Source: Spirochaetota bacterium (GTDB taxonomy: Bacteria; Spirochaetota; UBA4802; UBA5550). Taken from it: a stretch of 64,000 nt of DNA. The stretch spans positions 1 to 64,000 of the forward strand of contig CAXXHB010000001.1 in NCBI GenBank assembly GCA_963664815.2. The letters are read 5' to 3'. This document shows positions 59,596-64,000 of the stretch, piece by piece; the first letter of the stretch is position 1, and the number at the start of each line of letters is the position of its first letter. A program made the position numbers and the translations under genes. The notes beneath the pieces are model-generated. The model worked only from the letters and a program-made list of their open reading frames with translations. It was not told the DNA's origin and searched no databases.

Positions 59596-61289
59596 TAGCA
59601 TGTTGAATAATAAAAATTCAAAACAGGAAGTATGAATTTTCTATAAATTTTTATTATACTTTCTAATTATTCAAATATTTTACTTCGACTTCATATACAT
59701 CGCATAAACCATCCACGACATCTTCTCACACTACTGCAGATTGAATTCCATCCCATCCTATATCCGCTACTGCCTTCTGAAGTTTTTTCAGGTTATATGT
59801 AATGCCGGCCAGAATCGATATAGTATTACATTTCTTTCGTCCCCGCCAATTCAAACGGCTCAGACCATTGTTGAATTTCAAGTCAAAGAAATTGTGTTCT
59901 TTTCCAATACGCCTGTTATATTTATACTTCCATTCTTCGCTTTGCATTCGATCTCTATATTTGAACCAGAGTTCTTTGTTATCAACATAGGTTTTTGATA
60001 CCGTAAAGACTCTGCTCTTATTTCTATCCTTATCTTTCCAGCATGATGAATAATGCTCACATCCTACACAAAAATTACGGCTCAATGTGAATTTGTACTT
60101 ATTGTCAGATTTTTCTAATCTCCCCTTTTTCTTACGTTTACCTTTGCAGAAAAAATATACTCCATCTTCTTCTTGTTGTACATGATGTTCTCCCTTTATA
60201 AACCAGCTCTCTGTAAAATGTAATGGGGGTGCTATATATAAATCTTTACCTTCCTGAATTAATTCACTCATCTGTGTAATGTTGAAATAACCTTTGTCTA
60301 ATAAATACTCACTTTCACATTTAACTGCATTGCTTTCTTTAGCAACTTCTACTTTTTCTACCATATCTGAAAGCAGGCTTATATCGCTTTCTTTAGATGT
60401 GGCCTCTATTGAAAGAAGTATGTCGTTGCTGCAAGTTATATCCCTGAATATAGCTTTCATCCTTTTTAAGAAGCTTACTCTCACTATCGGTTAAGTTCAC
60501 TTTTGTTTCAGGTGTGATTCTTTCCTCTTTGACCTCATCCTCATATGACTTTATTTTCATCATGATCTGGTCATATTTATTTTTCTGCTTTTCTATCAGA
60601 TCTTTCTCTTTATTTAATTCTTCTTCGCTTATTTCGTCCTTATCTTTTAACTCTGATACGTATTTTGCTCTCGCTAAAAGTTTCGCGGACAGGTTCTCAT
60701 AATGTTTTAGCTTCTTATCGAAACCTTCCTTGTCTCGTGTAAATTCTTTACTGGCATTACTGCTTATCTTTGTACCGTCTATCATTATTCTGCGCCAGTC
60801 TATCAGATTTAATTCTTCAAGTATATATAATAAACGGGCAAAGATAGCTGGAATCTGATCTGGAAAATCGTTAAGAAAACGGCAAAGTGTCGAATAATCT
60901 ATTGATCTGCCGCCGCTTAAAAATAAAAATCCGGGATGATTGCGATTAAGCATTCTCTCGATCTTTCTCATCGACTCTATCCCCTGGCTTAATCCATATA
61001 AAATTACTTTCAATTTTGCCGAGGGCTCTATCGCCTTTTGCCCTACCGTATCATTCTTATATTTTTTATCAAATGGTTTTGTATCAACATATTCATCTAT
61101 GAATCTATCAATTACCTTCTCTATTGAATTATCATCAAATATTTCTTCCGGATATATTGTTAAAAAATATCCTTGCCCCCTCTCTATAGGTTTATACTTT
61201 GCCATGTATAATCTCCATACCTTTGATATTTTCATCATGGTTTATAATTTCCTGCCTGTCAATTAATACTTTGATTAATCAACAGGCAA
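59596..61289 (-). mobile_element. IS1182-family insertion sequence, copy 2 (1694 bp)
   Basis: Same IRs as copy 1; inserted in the opposite arm of the palindrome. Confidence 0.9.
59726..61205 (-). pseudogene. IS1182-family transposase frameshifted by a 14-bp deletion
   Basis: Lacks GTGCAGGCGGCATT relative to copy 1; junction near 60434. Confidence 0.88.
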
Positions 61290-61350
61290 GGGGTGCGGGG
61301 GCTGTTGCCGGAAGAGGATGGATCCGCCGGTGATTCACTTGTACCAGAAA

Positions 61351-61586
61351 GCCCCCTAAATCCCCCGGCGGGGGACTTAAAAGACTGCTGTACTGATAAA
61401 TATTTAAGTCAATAATACACAGATACATGCCTGATTTTTTCTGTCATGAGAAAAAACCTGCAGTAGAAATTTATGGGGATGTTCATAAACTCAGAAAGGA
61501 TTATGACGACTACATGGATGAATACATTAAAAACAAATAGTTTAATAACAGTATCTTCAAGTCCCCCGCCGGGGGATTTAGGGGGC
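61351..61586 (+). mobile_element. MITE-like internally deleted DUF559 element
   Basis: Perfect 28-bp terminal IRs GCCCCCTAAATCCCCCGGCGGGGGACTT enclosing three collinear pieces of the 5.9-6.3 kb locus. Confidence 0.75.
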
Positions 61587-61680
61587 TGTTGCCAAGGGTA
61601 TATGGTTCCGCCGGGGTTTCAGGAAACTGTTGCCAAGGGTATATGGTTCCGCCGGGGTTTCAGGAAGCTGTTGCCGGATG
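61586..61680 (-). repeat. two diverged ~42-bp units of the 40-bp family
   Basis: CTGTTGCCAAGGGTATATGGTTCCGCCGGGGTTTCAGGAA twice. Confidence 0.8.
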
Positions 61681-61725
61681 ATTAAACTTAACATATCCCC
61701 CCTCCCCTCAAACTTCTTTTTTCAC

Positions 61726-61760
61726 TTGACTTTTGTACATATGTACACTCAACTATTATG
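61726..61760 (+). promoter_or_regulatory. par promoter region with palindrome
   Basis: TTGACT followed by TGTACATATGTACA (61734-61747). Confidence 0.5.
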
Positions 61761-61812
61761 TCACATCAATAATAATTTCTTAACAGATCTTTCAGTGAAA
61801 AAAGGATAATAT

Positions 61813-61986
61813 ATGGACAGAGGAATAATAAGCGCAAAGGATGAAAAGTCGCAGACCCTCATCCGCGAAGCGAAAAAGAAGGCGATTGACCAGGGGATGA
61901 ACTTCTCTGAAGCCATGCTGCTGCTCATCTCCAAATGGGTAAATGGCGAGGTAAAGATAAAACAGAACACCGGGAGGCATAAATGA
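61813..61986 (+). CDS. small ribbon-helix-helix-like regulator (57 aa, absent from the ORF track)
   Basis: MDRGIISAKDEKSQTLIREAKKKAIDQGMNFSEAMLLLISKWVNG; ATGA overlap with parA. Confidence 0.65.
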   Translation: MDRGIISAKDEKSQTLIREAKKKAIDQGMNFSEAMLLLISKWVNGEVKIKQNTGRHK

Positions 61987-62711
61987 AAACAATAGCGGTA
62001 CTTAATCAGAAGGGTGGCTGCGGTAAATCAACCCTCACAATGCTTATGGCCCTTGCCCTTGCATCCGGAGGGAAAAAGGTGCTTGCCATTGACTGTGACC
62101 CGCAGGGGGGACTTTCATCGTTTCTGATAATGGCCTCGGACAACCTTCCCGGCCTCTTCGATTTTCTGGGTAAGTTTAAAAAGCTTAAAGAGGTCATATG
62201 CCCTGTCGCGCGCGGCGGGATTGAATTTGACCTTATCCCCGCAGATTACAGGCTCGATTCCATTTCATCCAGCCTTGACCCCTTCGCCCTTAAAAGGGCG
62301 CTGAAGAATGTGAAAGAGGTAAAGGATTATGACTATATAATTCTTGATAACCCACCGACGGTACAGGGGATATCGCGGGCCTCCGCGATCCTTGCCGATA
62401 AGATCATAATCCCTGCGGAGGTTTCGGCCCCCGCCCTGGGGCCGACGCTGTACACCCTTAAAAGCCTTGAGGAGATAGAGAAGCAGGGGCGCATTCTGCT
62501 TGTCGGCTACAAGGAGCCGAAGGAGACCGGCGGGGGCTATATGTCGGATCTTACAAAGAGGTTTAACGCGGAGCTCGGTTCCGCAATTGCGGGGTCAATC
62601 CCCAGAACAGTTACAACGGCAAAGGCCGTGGCGGACCCTGAAACCGTATGGACAGCCGCTAAAATTGAAAAGATCCTGAATCCCGTCAGGGATATAGTGG
62701 AGGCCCTATGA
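61983..62711 (+). CDS. parA: ParA-family partition ATPase
   Basis: NQKGGCGKST, IDCDPQG, ILDNPP. Confidence 0.92.
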   Translation: MKTIAVLNQKGGCGKSTLTMLMALALASGGKKVLAIDCDPQGGLSSFLIMASDNLPGLFDFLGKFKKLKEVICPVARGGIEFDLIPADYRLDSISSSLDPFALKRALKNVKEVKDYDYIILDNPPTVQGISRASAILADKIIIPAEVSAPALGPTLYTLKSLEEIEKQGRILLVGYKEPKETGGGYMSDLTKRFNAELGSAIAGSIPRTVTTAKAVADPETVWTAAKIEKILNPVRDIVEAL

Positions 62712-63538
62712 CACAGAAACAGTTTAAAATAAAGTCCATCCAGCCCATAAGCGTGGAGGAGCTTCAGCCGTCCCCGGAGCTTATGGAGGTACAGAGCTTC
62801 CTTCCGATAAGCGCGGATGACAGGGAGCGGCTTAAAAACGACATAGAGAAGTCGGGGGAGATCCGCGACCCGGTAAAGATATATTTTGACAGAGAGGGGA
62901 ACCCCATGATACTCGGGGGATTCAACCGCTGGAATATCGCAAGGGAGCTGGGATGGAAATTTATCCCCTGTGAGGTGATGAACGTGGCGCCGAAAGAGAG
63001 GAGGGAGCTTGCCATTATGGACAATCTCGCCCGCCGTCACATGACAAGGGAGCAGAAACAGAGGGTTGTTGAGATGTTTCTTAAGAATGACCCGGTGCAG
63101 TCCGACAGGATTATAGCGAAAAAGACCGGAGCAGACCATAAGACAGTGGGTGTTGTCAGGTCAAAACTTGAATCAACCGGGGAAATTCCCCGGTTGGAAA
63201 AAAGGGCAGGCGCAGACGGCAGAGTCCGGAAGGCCGAACCTGAAAGGCCTGTCAAGAGGCAGGCATCTGAAGGTACAGAGATAAACAGCACTCCGTCAGG
63301 GAAAAAATCAGCCGTGGAAATTCCCCGACAGGAAAAAACCGCTGCTGCGGATAAGGGAAAGGGGAAAAGTGAACATGCTGTTTTTAGTTCAATCCTCAGC
63401 GCCGTGGATGACCTCGGATCTCCCGAACTTCACAGGCTTGCATTGATGTCGGCGGAGGAGAGCCTTAAACGCCTGAAGGGGGCAGAGAGAAACAAAGCAG
63501 TTTCGGAGCTTCAGAAGGTTCTGAAGAGGTACCAGTAG
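62708..63538 (+). CDS. parB: ParB N-terminal-domain protein with HTH
   Basis: LKNDIEKSGEIRDPV...ILGGFNRW...DNLARRHM; SDRIIAKKTGADHKTV HTH. Confidence 0.75.
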   Translation: MTQKQFKIKSIQPISVEELQPSPELMEVQSFLPISADDRERLKNDIEKSGEIRDPVKIYFDREGNPMILGGFNRWNIARELGWKFIPCEVMNVAPKERRELAIMDNLARRHMTREQKQRVVEMFLKNDPVQSDRIIAKKTGADHKTVGVVRSKLESTGEIPRLEKRAGADGRVRKAEPERPVKRQASEGTEINSTPSGKKSAVEIPRQEKTAAADKGKGKSEHAVFSSILSAVDDLGSPELHRLALMSAEESLKRLKGAERNKAVSELQKVLKRYQ

Positions 63539-63604
63539 CCCCACACTGCGTAAATTAAATGCCGCGGTTTATCCCGCGGCTCATTTCAATATTGCGGATT
63601 TTGT

Positions 63605-64000
63605 ATGAACTACTATATATGGATTATATTTATAACATCAATTGCCCTGGCGGTTTCTCTTACCTGGCATTTAACAAAAAAGATAAGTTATCAGGAGGGG
63701 AAAAGGGACGGAGCGGAGGAGGAGCTGAAGAAATTTATTGTAAGGTATACAGCCTTCACCGATGAAACAGGGAATGTAGTGAATAAAAAGATCCGCATTG
63801 GTTACGACATGCAGCTTTATTACCAGAATTTTCCCGTGGGGGACCCGACCAGAAGAATTATCAGGGAGGAGAAGCGGCTCAATGAAGATGTGGTAAATGC
63901 CGTCATTGAAACACTGAAGGCGCTGCCGCAGAATAATATAACAAAGAACTTCACAGTGGATATAGTCACCGCGGCATTGTCAAAGGCTGTTAAACGGCGG
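63605..64000 (+). CDS. hypothetical membrane-anchored protein, runs off the window end
   Basis: MNYYIWIIFITSIALAVSLTW... open to 64000. Confidence 0.6.
   Translation, partial: MNYYIWIIFITSIALAVSLTWHLTKKISYQEGKRDGAEEELKKFIVRYTAFTDETGNVVNKKIRIGYDMQLYYQNFPVGDPTRRIIREEKRLNEDVVNAVIETLKALPQNNITKNFTVDIVTAALSKAVKRR

Overview
This 64-kb AT-rich bacterial window is accessory DNA with no core housekeeping, rRNA or tRNA genes. A spirochaete (Leptospirales-like) host is a tentative inference from the FN3/beta-barrel, BspA-LRR and MORN/ankyrin lipoprotein repertoire. Contents: (i) a ~17.5-kb cluster of ten two-component genes with no DNA-binding output (6.9-24.3 kb); (ii) plasmid/chromid-type functions, namely a Rep-like ORF with a leader peptide and candidate antisense RNA, a tyrosine recombinase, and an RHH-parA-parB operon; (iii) several toxin-antitoxin and defence modules (XRE-ImmA + PIN, two RelE/HigA-like paralogues, DUF4258/YgiT, RloA/RloB); (iv) surface and lipoprotein genes; (v) two inverted, inactivated IS1182-family copies, one carrying a nested IS3. 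The most striking structure is a family of modular repeat loci: [40-bp units]-IR-DUF559 nuclease gene or a deleted remnant-IR-[40-bp units]-GC-rich palindrome-[56/57-bp units]. It recurs across the window, looks like a DUF559-associated mobile element with non-autonomous derivatives, and is the exact target of both IS1182 copies. Three further dispersed non-coding repeat families (~205, ~150 and ~65 bp) were found. All calls are by eye; no database search was run.
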